A stretch of 64,000 bases of DNA from Candidatus Omnitrophota bacterium (GCA_030649895.1 JAUSEX010000052.1:16988-80987), one strand, 5' to 3'; shown: positions 8,926 to 18,750, counted from the stretch's first letter. A program made the numbers and translations. Notes: generated from the sequence alone by a model not told the origin.

Positions 8926-9676
8926 AATATAACCGCCATTTCGCGTTAAATTTCTTTGAATTAGGCGTAAGTTTACTATAACCTTTGGCTCCTACGGTCT
9001 TGCGCAATTCTTCAGTATCTATTTTTAATATATCTAAAATAAATCCTAATTTTCGTCTGGCCGCCTCAGGAAATTTCCGGGCATAGGTAAACAGCCTCCT
9101 AAAATTTATTCTGTCTTTTGCTTTTTGCAGTTTCTCCAGCAGTAAATCTATGGAATAAGTGTCATTTTTAAAATAGAGATAATCTAGAATCACTTTTTCA
9201 AGCTCCGCGACTTTTACGTAGTAGCCTTCTATGTTTTCAGTCTTAAAGCCAAAATACAGCTTTTTGTTTATCTTCAGATACCGATAGGTGTTTTTTTGAA
9301 ACACGTACTTCTTGGACTTAAGATTGGTTACCGATGATACAGTACGCAACATCTGTTCGAAAAGGCCATAATGATTTAAAGCTGAATCCAGCGAAACATA
9401 AGAATCTTTATTAAAGGCATTCGCTATAATAACAGGCGAAATATTCACAAAGCCGCGCGAGGAGATATCTGAGATAAAATAAAGCCCTCTCCTCAAAGGA
9501 ATGAGCCAGCCGTTTTTTTTGAGCTCATAGACCCGCTTCTTGAGGACAAATTTCGAGTATTTCCTGCCTAATGCCTTATGGATATCGTTGGCAGTTACGA
9601 TCTTACCCGAAGCAACAATAATATCTTCTATATCCACAAGTCGTTTTTCCGTTAAAATAGTATTCTTTGAAACCAC
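8903..9676 (-). CDS. AbiEi antitoxin
   Basis: WLIPLRRGLY, SYVSLDSALNHYGL, AELEKVILDYL. Confidence 0.88.
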   Translation of the reverse strand: MVSKNTILTEKRLVDIEDIIVASGKIVTANDIHKALGRKYSKFVLKKRVYELKKNGWLIPLRRGLYFISDISSRGFVNISPVIIANAFNKDSYVSLDSALNHYGLFEQMLRTVSSVTNLKSKKYVFQKNTYRYLKINKKLYFGFKTENIEGYYVKVAELEKVILDYLYFKNDTYSIDLLLEKLQKAKDRINFRRLFTYARKFPEAARRKLGFILDILKIDTEELRKTVGAKGYSKLTPNSKKFNAKWRLYYEDRFVG

Positions 9677-9754
9677 TTATACACCCCCTTTACGTATCTA
9701 TCTAGAATTAAACCATACAAATATACTTTTGTCAAGTAGCTTTCTTGCATATAT

Positions 9755-9792
9755 AAGACACATCTCAAAGGTGTTTTCTTTCAAAAATTTTA
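9755..9792 (-). promoter_or_regulatory. Repeated 38-bp motif, copy 4
   Basis: Core identical to copy 3. Confidence 0.6.
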
Positions 9793-9866
9793 GTTAAATA
9801 TAACTAATTTATGTAACACCTTTATTTGTAATTAATTGCAACTACTACTTAAAAGTCAATAAGCAG

Positions 9867-10703
9867 CTAATTCAAGAGTTTTTTGCTTTGAGTCTCCTTT
9901 AGATAATTTTCATGCGTTAATACTTTTTTACCGCTCTTTCTTTCCAATTCTTTTCTCGCATTGCCTGCGACAGCGCCGCCCTCTTGGGCCGCTTGCTTAT
10001 TCTCGATAAATCCCTGAGCATTTTTATTTATGGTGATTTCTTTAGTGGATGCCTCTCCAAGCATTGAGAAGATTAATTCCAAGTCATTCATATGATCCCG
10101 CAGATTTTGCCGCTTTAACCCTTTAAACTTTTTATACGCGGATGGAGTCAGGCCAAAAATTGCTTTTGATATCTCAGCGGTTAGGATTTCATATTCTTTG
10201 GGTTTCTTTACGTCTCTTTTTTGCCACTGATCAGTTAGCTCTTCACGTATAGCTATGCCGCGTATTCTCTTTTCTATCCAATCATCACTATAGCCTTTTG
10301 CCTTATATAGTGCCCGCGTTCTCTTTGTCGCCAATTCAGGGTCTTCGATTTCCTTAATCCGCTCATAGCCGACTCTTGCCAGCCACCTCTTAAATGGTTC
10401 AGCTTTAGGCGAAGGGACAGATTGAATAATACGGAATATACCTTCGGTGTTGGCGCAATCTGTTTCATACTTTTTACCATCCAATGCTTCCAATTTCAGT
10501 CCGTGACAAAATGTCACGACCTCGCATCCTTCCGCTGTCAATCTTTGTTTGAGCTTTCTCCAATATGAACCTGCATCTAAGCTCTCGGTAAGAACACCGC
10601 ATACATCCACAACCGAAAACCACCATTCATTCTTGTGAATGGTTTTCCTGATCTCTTTTTTCCGAAAAATAGCAATTTTAGTAACAGCTGTCTCTTTTGT
10701 CAT
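9867..10703 (-). CDS. Bro-N domain (antirepressor-like) protein, copy 1
   Basis: WWFSVVDV, RIIQSVPSPKAEPFKRWLA, NLRDHM. Confidence 0.88.
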   Translation of the reverse strand: MTKETAVTKIAIFRKKEIRKTIHKNEWWFSVVDVCGVLTESLDAGSYWRKLKQRLTAEGCEVVTFCHGLKLEALDGKKYETDCANTEGIFRIIQSVPSPKAEPFKRWLARVGYERIKEIEDPELATKRTRALYKAKGYSDDWIEKRIRGIAIREELTDQWQKRDVKKPKEYEILTAEISKAIFGLTPSAYKKFKGLKRQNLRDHMNDLELIFSMLGEASTKEITINKNAQGFIENKQAAQEGGAVAGNARKELERKSGKKVLTHENYLKETQSKKLLN

Positions 10704-10784
10704 TTATCCCTCCAGATTTTTAATTACTATATATAAATCTACCCACTTCTAACTTAAAAGTCAATAGGCGCTATCCGAATGTGC

Positions 10785-10832
10785 CTATTGGGCATGCCTT
10801 AAAATCCCCACTAAATATTCAATATTTCTTAA
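10785..10832 (-). pseudogene. PLD-wHTH scaffold gene, fragment E (last ~15 codons)
   Basis: LRNIEYLVGILRHAQ*, matches 5400-5447. Confidence 0.75.
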
Positions 10833-10847
10833 CAAAAGTCTCGTTCA

Positions 10848-11485
10848 TTATCTTAGTAGTTTTTTATCATGGGGTAGCTTTATATAACTGTCTTTAGTTA
10901 TAACCTTTTTGCCTGTCTTCGACTCAATTTCTTTTCTCGCTTTCCCCGCAACATGCCCGCCCTGTCGTGCCACCTTTCGATTTTCCCTGAACGTCTTTGG
11001 TTCTTTTGCATTTGAAATTTCAGCAGTGCTGGCCTCCGCAAGCATATTCAAAACAAGCTCCAAATTCGTCATGTTATCGCGCAAATTTTCCTTTTTAAGT
11101 TCTTTAAACTTTTTATATTGCTTGGTCGTTAGGCCTGCCCAGGCAAATGTAATTTCATCAGTCAAAATAGCAAAGTCACCGGCCTCTTTAACGCCGCGCT
11201 TCTGCCATTCATCAGTTAAAGCCTTACGAAGCTCAATGCTTTTTCTGTAACACGCATCTTGCCATCCGCAGCCAGCATTTTCAAACCGTGACATTTTGTC
11301 ACGGTTTCACTGCCTTCTTTTTTAAGGCGTTCTTTTAGCTTTCTCCAATACGCAAGAGGAGATACGCTATCAGTAAGCACTGATATTATATCCGCTACTA
11401 CAAAAAACCATTTTTCTGTCTTTTCGTCCCAACTACGCCTGATTTTCTTACCTTCGAATAGAGCTATCTGAGATTTTTTCTCCAT
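10848..11485 (-). pseudogene. Bro-N gene with internal deletion and frameshift
   Basis: N-terminal half (ORF 11216-11485) jumps near 11250 to the C-terminal half SIELRKALTDEWQKRG in another frame. Confidence 0.85.
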
Positions 11486-11599
11486 TTATCCCTCCAAATT
11501 TTCATTACAAAGATTTCTATATTAAACACTTTTATTATACCACGCTTTTCAATTCTTCTCTAAGAAACTGCATCATGCGCCACCTCCTCTCTACCCTAT

Positions 11600-11637
11600 A
11601 AGACACATCTGGAGGTAGTTTTCTTTCAACTATTTTT
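11600..11637 (-). promoter_or_regulatory. Repeated 38-bp motif, copy 5
   Basis: Followed by RBS GAGGAGG and a 13-aa stub ORF (11535-11576). Confidence 0.6.
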
Positions 11638-11686
11638 ACTTTTTTGATTTTTTGTGAAAAAGGCAGGTAAAACCAGATTACAAATA

Positions 11687-12789
11687 TTAATCCCTTGCTT
11701 CTTTCCTTAAAATCCCCACTAAATATCCGATATTCCTTAAAGGATTATCCGGACGCATGGAGGAGACTTTTTTGACTGCATTAGCTACATTTTTCTCACC
11801 ATACTCTCGTATAATCCTTATAAGGTTTTCTACTGCTTTGGGATTATAGCCCCTATCTATCATGAAGCTAAACTCTCTTGCCTTGGCCGCTAAGTCTTTT
11901 CCATAACGCTCTTCCATGCCGCGCCATTTTTCCTCCATGTCTTTTTCTGAATAAAGTATACCCAAAAGATACTCGCTTGGCTCTCTATTCTCATAATCAG
12001 CGCCTTTAGCTATCCTAGTTCTTTTTATCTCCAGGACGCCGTATTTCTCAAGCTCTCTCATGCCAGGGGAATTAAAGCCAATGATTTATCCTTTAAGAAC
12101 CTGGCAGGGCATTTGATCATTACAATCTGCGCTTCATCTATAGATCTCTTATCCACAAAAGGCCGTAACTTAAGAATATTCTTTAATTTTTCCTTAGCAT
12201 ACTCTCTGGATATTATTAAATCCGCATTCTCGCTATTTAACCTGAATGCTGACTATGACCAGTTAGAGCTTCCTGATATTACAATATTTTTATCAATGAC
12301 TATTAATTTATCATGAAGCCTTTTACCAGGCATAATAAATTTAACCGGCACGCCCTCTCTATAAAGCGCTAAAAAGGCAGAATCGTTCTTATCTTCATTA
12401 TAGGGTTTACTCCTATCTAAATAGACCTCTACTTTTACACCTCTAGTATGCGCGTTTACTATATCCTGAACCAGCTTATACGCTTCGCTTTCTGTCTTAT
12501 CCAACTCCATGGATATCTCATACATCGCTATATAAAGAGAGTCCTTTGATTTGGAAAGCGCTTCGTGGGCGGCCTGGAAATATTTATCATCGCTTATGTC
12601 TTTAATATCTACCTGAATCGCGAAACTTTTGATTGGAAATAATAAAAATGGAAGGATGAAAATGAAGCCCACCCAGGTTAAAGCCATGGGTTCTTGTGGG
12701 CGGAATACTGAGCGGCCTGAACATATTCGCACCCTAAAGGGCGTGGTTTTAGGCCGCGAATGTAGAAATTTTAGGGAAGAGTATTTCAA
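11687..12789 (-). pseudogene. PLD-wHTH scaffold gene, fragment A
   Basis: HKD motif LHDKLIVID and GSSNWS; TAT to TAG nonsense at 12253; middle deleted near 12065; C-terminal ORF 11687-12061. Confidence 0.85.
12663..12764 (-). mobile_element. 102-bp non-autonomous IS200/IS605-like mini-element
   Basis: Absent from paralogous copies at about 8110 and 16700; hairpins CACGCCCTTTAGGGTGCG and CCCATGGCTTTAACCTGGG, ends in TTCA. Confidence 0.65.
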
Positions 12790-12824
12790 TCTATAAACAT
12801 CCTATCAGGCCTATCCGGCACCCC

Positions 12825-13985
12825 TTATAACACATTGCCTGCCCATAGTTCAGACAAAAAATCTCTCCAAGGTATAATCTGTATTTTACCGCTAACCCTT
12901 TTTTCCTTTTCATTACACACAAGCACAGCTTTTTTTGGAGAATATTCCTCAATAAATGCCTTCAATGATTTCAAATCCCTGCCATCAATCCTGCTCGAAC
13001 CTTTTACTTCTATAGCCACTTCTCCCTTTCCAAGCACAAAATCCACCTCCAGCCCTGATTTGGTCCTCCAAAAATTAATATCAAAATCCGACTCGCTGTA
13101 AGAACGGTAGGCGTTTATCTCCATAAGGATTAAATGTTCGAATGCCTTGCCAAACTCTTCTCCCTTAATATCCTCTAAATGCCGCTTAGTCAATATCCCG
13201 CTGACTCCGACATCGAACAAATAATATTTCGGAGCGCTTATAATAACATTACGGCTTTGCCTTCTTTTAAAAGGCTCCAGCCTTATCGCCAATAACGTAT
13301 CCACCAGTATCTGATAATACTCCCTTACGGTCTTCGCGTTTACCCCGCAGTCCCTGGCAATATTTGAATAATTCGTCAACTCTCCGTGCGAATATCCAAT
13401 AGCGTCAAAAAACCTGGAAAACGCCGGAATATTGCGGACGAGCCCTTCGTTGAAGACCTCTTCCTTTAAATAATCCTGAACATATGCTATTAAAGATTTT
13501 CTGTAATTTTTATCATCCAGATAATGCGAAGGCACCATTCCATGGTTTAATGCTCTCAAGAGGTCTACATTCTTAAGCTCAGCGCTTACGAACGGAAAAA
13601 GCTGGTAACGCCATGCCCTGCCCCCCAGTAAATTAGCATGGCCTCTCTTTAACTTCCTGGCGCTCGAACCGCATAATATAAAACTTAAGCCCTTATTTTC
13701 TATCAGCCAGTGAATCTCATCTAGGATTTGAGGAATTTTTTGAACCTCATCTAATATTATAGGCTTAGTTAGACTTTTTTCTTCTTTCGCGAGCAGTCTT
13801 TCGCGGAATAAGGAAGGATTTTTGGATAGCTCAAAAAATAGATCAGTCTTCAGAAAATCATAATATAGACTGTCAGGAAAATGCTCCTTGAGATAGCTGG
13901 TTTTTCCGGTCTTTCTGGGCCCCCATAAAAACGCGGATTGGCCTTTGGGCAGTTTTATTTTTAAAAGCCTTTTTATGTTTTCCAT
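12825..13985 (-). CDS. AAA_14 + DUF4143 ATPase
   Basis: GPRKTGKT, ILDEVQ, CGSS, WRTKSGLEVDFV..AIEVK. Confidence 0.9.
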   Translation of the reverse strand: MENIKRLLKIKLPKGQSAFLWGPRKTGKTSYLKEHFPDSLYYDFLKTDLFFELSKNPSLFRERLLAKEEKSLTKPIILDEVQKIPQILDEIHWLIENKGLSFILCGSSARKLKRGHANLLGGRAWRYQLFPFVSAELKNVDLLRALNHGMVPSHYLDDKNYRKSLIAYVQDYLKEEVFNEGLVRNIPAFSRFFDAIGYSHGELTNYSNIARDCGVNAKTVREYYQILVDTLLAIRLEPFKRRQSRNVIISAPKYYLFDVGVSGILTKRHLEDIKGEEFGKAFEHLILMEINAYRSYSESDFDINFWRTKSGLEVDFVLGKGEVAIEVKGSSRIDGRDLKSLKAFIEEYSPKKAVLVCNEKEKRVSGKIQIIPWRDFLSELWAGNVL

Positions 13986-13994
13986 ATAGAACCT

Positions 13995-14050
13995 TACTCC
14001 TAATTAGTTCGACTAGTTAGGAGTATATCACACAAACTATAAGCTGTCAA
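13995..14050 (-). promoter_or_regulatory. Sigma70 promoter with overlapping inverted repeat
   Basis: TTGACA-17-TATACT; IR TACTCCTAATTAGT-tcg-ACTAGTTAGGAGTA at 13995-14025. Confidence 0.75.
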
Positions 14051-14082
14051 GCGCCTCCTGATTTTTCACATGATCAAAACTC

Positions 14083-15351
14083 TCATCCCAACAACCACTT
14101 ATAAATAGGCTTAACCATTATAACCTTCCCTTCTAACGCAATCTCTTCCTCGGTATCTTCAGTCAAAATAAGCGCAGTTTTCAACTTAAGTTCATCCATG
14201 GCTTTTATCAGCGCATTGAGCTCTCTCGATCTCGTTTTTTCGTTATCTAAATTATCCGCAACCTGAATAAGCAATAGATCATTTTTGCCAGACTTGACCA
14301 AGAAATCAACTTCCAGATTATTTGTGGTCTTATAATAATAAATCTCTTGGAACTTGCGCCTAAGCTCAAGGAATACCAAGTTTTCTAAAAACTTTCCCTT
14401 ATTCTTGGAAAATTGGAATGCGACCGCTTCTGCCAAACCATTGTCGATACAGTAAATCTTCTTAAAGGAGACAAACTGCTGTTTGAGAGAATAAGAAAAC
14501 CTGCTGATGAGGAATATCAAGTAGCTGTTTTCCAAGAAATCCGCGTAGCTCTTGATGGTATTCATGCTGCCTACTCCAAGAACTTTTTTCAGATTATTAT
14601 AAGAGAATGTCCCTCCGAGATTACTCAAAAGATACAGCCCAAGCTCCCTCAATGGTTTAACCTGCTTGATACCATATCTTGCCACGATGTCCCGGTAAAG
14701 AATGTCTTCATATACCCGCTTCAAAAGGGTTGTATCTTGATACTTCAAATACTCGGGCATGCCTCCATGCTTGAGATATTCAGCAAAATGCTTCTTGATA
14801 GCAGCTCTAACTGAGGTCAAAGACAGGCTGTCCTTGGATAACTGGAAACCCTTGAAAGAGAGAAATTCCATAAAAGAGAACGGGAACAATTCAATGTTAA
14901 CGTTTCTGCCTGTCAGTTTCGCGCCAAGCTCCTTGCTAAGCAATGAGGCATTCGAACCTGTGATAAAAAATTTGCATCCCTTACCTTGCATCCGACGCAC
15001 AAACACTTCCCATTGGGGAACGTTCTGAACCTCATCGAAAAAGAAAACCTTTTTATCTCCATACAACTCCAGAAACACCTCGTAAAGATGATTGAAATCC
15101 TCAACATTGAAGTCCACAAGGCGTTCATCTTCAAAATTAAGATAATAAACACCTTTCTTGTAAAGATTACTGATAATCTGATTGAGCAATGTAGACTTGC
15201 CAGAACGGCGCACTCCTGAAACAACTACCGCATGGGGTAAAGTTGCATGCCGTGAAGCAACACTCAATGCTGCCCTTGGAATACCAATATCTATATCCTG
15301 ACGATCTTTTTCTTGTTCAAGAACGATTTCTTTTAATAATGACTTATGCAT
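14083..15351 (-). CDS. AAA_14 + DUF4143 ATPase
   Basis: GVRRSGKST, FFDEVQ, TGSNA, LENLVFLEL..EVDFL. Confidence 0.9.
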   Translation of the reverse strand: MHKSLLKEIVLEQEKDRQDIDIGIPRAALSVASRHATLPHAVVVSGVRRSGKSTLLNQIISNLYKKGVYYLNFEDERLVDFNVEDFNHLYEVFLELYGDKKVFFFDEVQNVPQWEVFVRRMQGKGCKFFITGSNASLLSKELGAKLTGRNVNIELFPFSFMEFLSFKGFQLSKDSLSLTSVRAAIKKHFAEYLKHGGMPEYLKYQDTTLLKRVYEDILYRDIVARYGIKQVKPLRELGLYLLSNLGGTFSYNNLKKVLGVGSMNTIKSYADFLENSYLIFLISRFSYSLKQQFVSFKKIYCIDNGLAEAVAFQFSKNKGKFLENLVFLELRRKFQEIYYYKTTNNLEVDFLVKSGKNDLLLIQVADNLDNEKTRSRELNALIKAMDELKLKTALILTEDTEEEIALEGKVIMVKPIYKWLLG

Positions 15352-15365
15352 CCTGTCTCCTTATG

Positions 15366-15417
15366 TTCTCACTGTTAATGAGAGTATATCATATATAGTT
15401 CTCATTGTCAATGAGAA
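15366..15417 (-). promoter_or_regulatory. Sigma70 promoter with two tandem operator-like inverted repeats
   Basis: TTGACA-17-TATACT; TCTCACTGTTAATGAGA and TTCTCATTGTCAATGAGAA. Confidence 0.75.
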
Positions 15418-15519
15418 TAAGGATCTAAGTTCTTCAAAAATTCTGCAGCCTCTCTCATGAAATCCTCTATTAAGACCTACTGTATTGCTTTCAGCAATTC
15501 CAGATCGTTTAACATCCGA

Positions 15520-15590
15520 TTCAGGCATCTGCACAGAAAGGGTGGTGGCAATTTGCCTCCACCCTTTAGCCAACTACGAATCCCTTTCTA
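15520..15590 (-). pseudogene. Orphan Bro-N variable-segment fragment (copy 2 type)
   Basis: ERDS*LAKGWRQIATTL versus QRDPELAKGWVQIVHTL in 23518-24351. Confidence 0.7.
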
Positions 15591-15617
15591 TATTATCACT
15601 CAATTCTCTATTAACAA

Positions 15618-15702
15618 TAGCCATATCTGTAATATGCATCTTGCCATCCGCAGCCAGCATTTTCAAACCGTTACATTTTGTAACGGTTTCACTACCCTCT
15701 CG
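15618..15702 (-). pseudogene. Orphan Bro-N internal fragment
   Basis: EGSETVTKCNGLKMLAADGKMHITDMA; near copy of 7428-7512. Confidence 0.8.
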
Positions 15703-15711
15703 CTACTATAT

Positions 15712-15749
15712 AAGACACATCTCAAAGGTGTTTTCTTTCAAAAATTTTA
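15712..15749 (-). promoter_or_regulatory. Repeated 38-bp motif, copy 6
   Basis: Core identical to copy 3, same Bro-N junction. Confidence 0.6.
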
Positions 15750-15777
15750 AAAATAAATAAACCGCGCAGGTGATTCA

Positions 15778-16727
15778 TTAGTCTTTTGCTTCTTTCTTCA
15801 AAATCCCCACTAAATATCCGGATATTCCTTAAAGGATTATCCGGACGCATGGAGGAGACTTTTTCAACGGCTTTGCGCACGTCATTTTCATTGTATTCTT
15901 TCATAATCCTTATGAAATTCTCAACCACCTTTGGGCTATAGCCTTTGTCTATCATAAAGCTGAATTCCCGGGCTTTGGCTACCGTGTCCTTACCGTAAAG
16001 CTTTTCCATGCCAAGCCATTTTTTCTCCATATCTTTTTCTGAATAAAGTATACCCAGAAGATACTCGCTTGGCTCTCTATTCTCATGACCAACGCCTTTG
16101 GCTATCCTAGCTCTTTTTATCTCCAGGACGCCATATTTTTCAAGCTCTCTCATGCCAGGGAAATTGGAGCCAATGATTTATCCTTTAAGAACCTGGCAGG
16201 GCATTTTATCGTTACAATCTGCGCTTCATCTATAGATCTCTTATCCACAAAAGGCCTAAGCCTTAGGATATTCTTTAATTTTTCCTTGGCATACTCTCTG
16301 GATATTATTAAATCAGCATTCTCGCTATTTAACCTGAATGCTGAATATGACCAGTTAGAGCTTCCTGATATTACAATAAATTTAACCGGCACGCCCTCTC
16401 TATAAAGCGCTAAAAAAGCTGAATCGTTCTTATCTTCATTATAGGGTTTACTCCTATCCAAATAGACCTCTATATTTACGCCTCTAGTATGCGCATCTAT
16501 TATATCCTGAACCAGCTTATACGCTTCGCTTTCAGTTTTATCCAGCTCCATAGATATCTCATACATCGCTATATAAATAGAGTCCTTTGATTTGGAAAGC
16601 GCTTCGTGGGCGGCTTGGAAATATTTGTCATCGCTTATATCTTGGATATCTACTTGGACTGCGAAACTTTTGATTGGAAATAATAAAAATGGAAGGATAA
16701 AAAAAATTTTAGGGAAAAGTATTTCAA
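15778..16727 (-). pseudogene. PLD-wHTH scaffold gene, fragment B
   Basis: T8 frameshift in signal peptide, 17-codon deletion removing HKD, same middle deletion as fragment A, late frameshift. Confidence 0.85.
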
Positions 16728-18667
16728 TCTATAAATTCCCTATGCCAGAGTTCCAGAAATAGAAGGCTCCAAATTCTGGCACCGTTGTTGGCTTTGCAGG
16801 CCATATGATCATCCAGAAGTTTCTTTACGGTCTCTTTTTTAAAATAACTTCTCTTTATGGCTTTATCGCTCATGAGGATATCATGCGAATAACCTTTTAG
16901 TTCATTGCGGAACCAAGAGTCTAAAGGCACGCCAAAACCCATTTTGCTTCTGGAAAGTATTTCTTTGGGCAATGCCTTGGATAATGCTTTCTTTAATATA
17001 TATTTTAATTTTGTGCCTTTTATTTTCATGCTACTCGGCATGCTGGCGCAGAATTCCATCATTTTATGGTCTAGAAACGGCGAACGGCCTTCCAAGGAAT
17101 TGGCCATTGTAGCAATATCCATTTTTACAAGCAGATCATCCAATAGATTAGTTTTTATATCAGCGCACATTACCTTATCCACCACATCTTCAGAGCCGCA
17201 TTCATTAAACGCTTTATCTAAATAATTAAATGAATTCCTGCCGGATATTTCTTTATTAAATTCATCAGTAAACAGGTTATTCTTTTCGTGATCATTAAAT
17301 ATAGCCGTCCAATTATAATGTCTTTCCCTGTATGGTTTAGGCAATTCCACCAGAAATCTTCTAATCCTAGCTTTAGAATCCTTAACCCCGAGAGATTCAG
17401 GTATCTTCCCTGTAATCAATTTTATAATCTTTTCCTTAAATGGAGCTGGTATTTTATTGATTAATTCCGCGTATCTCGTGGCCATAAACCTCTCGTATCC
17501 TCCAAAACACTCATCTCCCCCATCTCCATTTAGAGCCACTGTGACTTCCTGTCTGGTCATTTTAGCTACATAATAACTCGGAAGCGCTGAAGAATCAGCG
17601 TATGGTTCATTGTAATGCCATACAAGTTTTGGCAAAAGATCTATAGCGTCTGGTTTAACAATATATTCATGATGTTCTGTTTTAAACCGTTCAGCGATAA
17701 TTTTAGCGTATTTTAATTCGCTATACTCTTTATTATCAAAACCTATGGAAAATGTTTTTACAGGCTTTGAACTTAGTTTACTCATCATATATACTACAGC
17801 ACTCGAATCTATACCCCCGCTTAAAAACGCTCCGAGCGGAACATCGCTTATAAGCCGTATCTTTGTGCACTCCTCCAGCATATCCATTGTCCTGTCGCAA
17901 TATTCTTTCTCGGATAATTTTAGTTTCTTAGAAAAATCAAGCTTCCAGTATTTTTCTAATCTTATATTGCCTTTTTCATAGATCATAAAATGAGCAGGCG
18001 GAAGTTTCATAATGCCTTTAAACATAGTTTCAGGCGTAGGCGTATATCCGTAACTTAGGTAATCTGTAATGGCAGGCCTGTTGACCTCTTTAGAAATATC
18101 GGGATCTTGAAGAATGGCCTTGATCTCAGAAGCAAAGGTCAATGTTTGGTTCTTATATGTATAATAAAGCGGCTTTTTACCTATCCTATCCCGCGCCATA
18201 AAAAGCCTTTCTTTTTTATTGTCCCATATAGCAAAAGCAAAAGGCCCTCTTAAATCCTTAAGGCACTCCACGCCTTTTTCTTCATACAGATGTAAAATTA
18301 CCTCTGTATCAGTATGCGACTTAAAAATATGGCCTTTTTTTACAAGCTCGTCTTTTAATTCTATAAAATTATAAATTTCACCGTTCAGAACTATCCAAAT
18401 AGACCCATCTTCGTTACTCATTGGCTGATGGCCTGCGGGCGATAAATCAATAATAGCGAGCCTCCTATGCCCCAAACCAACGTTAGCAATATTGTTCGAG
18501 CGAGGCAAAATATACTTCTCGACTTCGCTCGAAGAATATTTTGCCGAGTCGAGAACCTTTATCCCCTCATTATCCGGCCCTCTATGCGTAAGAACCCCGC
18601 ACATCTTTCTGATGAGCTCTTCCGTCACATTCCCATTCGCACTAATTTTCCCGCATATCCCGCACAT
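16724..18667 (-). CDS. asnB: Asparagine synthase-like glutamine amidotransferase
   Basis: MCGI N-terminus, HRGPD, GHRRLAIID, LSGGIDSS, GDGGDE. Confidence 0.93.
   Translation of the reverse strand: MCGICGKISANGNVTEELIRKMCGVLTHRGPDNEGIKVLDSAKYSSSEVEKYILPRSNNIANVGLGHRRLAIIDLSPAGHQPMSNEDGSIWIVLNGEIYNFIELKDELVKKGHIFKSHTDTEVILHLYEEKGVECLKDLRGPFAFAIWDNKKERLFMARDRIGKKPLYYTYKNQTLTFASEIKAILQDPDISKEVNRPAITDYLSYGYTPTPETMFKGIMKLPPAHFMIYEKGNIRLEKYWKLDFSKKLKLSEKEYCDRTMDMLEECTKIRLISDVPLGAFLSGGIDSSAVVYMMSKLSSKPVKTFSIGFDNKEYSELKYAKIIAERFKTEHHEYIVKPDAIDLLPKLVWHYNEPYADSSALPSYYVAKMTRQEVTVALNGDGGDECFGGYERFMATRYAELINKIPAPFKEKIIKLITGKIPESLGVKDSKARIRRFLVELPKPYRERHYNWTAIFNDHEKNNLFTDEFNKEISGRNSFNYLDKAFNECGSEDVVDKVMCADIKTNLLDDLLVKMDIATMANSLEGRSPFLDHKMMEFCASMPSSMKIKGTKLKYILKKALSKALPKEILSRSKMGFGVPLDSWFRNELKGYSHDILMSDKAIKRSYFKKETVKKLLDDHMACKANNGARIWSLLFLELWHREFID
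18492..18555. repeat. Family A copy 6 (permuted), in frame in asnB
   Basis: TTCGAGCG..TTCTCGACTTCGCTCGAA..AGTCGAGAA; loop 18 aa longer than in paralog 46419-48314. Confidence 0.9.
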
Positions 18668-18750
18668 ACTATAATTACTCCTTATTCCGCATAAACGTTT
18701 TTATGGAATTTTAATTGCCGTCGTAGAGATATAATATTTAATGTCGATCA

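Noticed and set aside
12253-12255. TAG readthrough or recoding in the PLD gene
   Set aside because: The paralogous copy has TAT, TAG ends normal genes here (952, 9867), and the copy has other lesions.
15361-15573. 70-aa minus-strand ORF
   Set aside because: Chimera of a Bro-N remnant and the downstream promoter/operator region.
5400-16727. Repeats as a pure assembly artefact
   Set aside because: Copies differ by many substitutions and have distinct deletions and insertions, which collapse errors would not create; long-read confirmation is still desirable.
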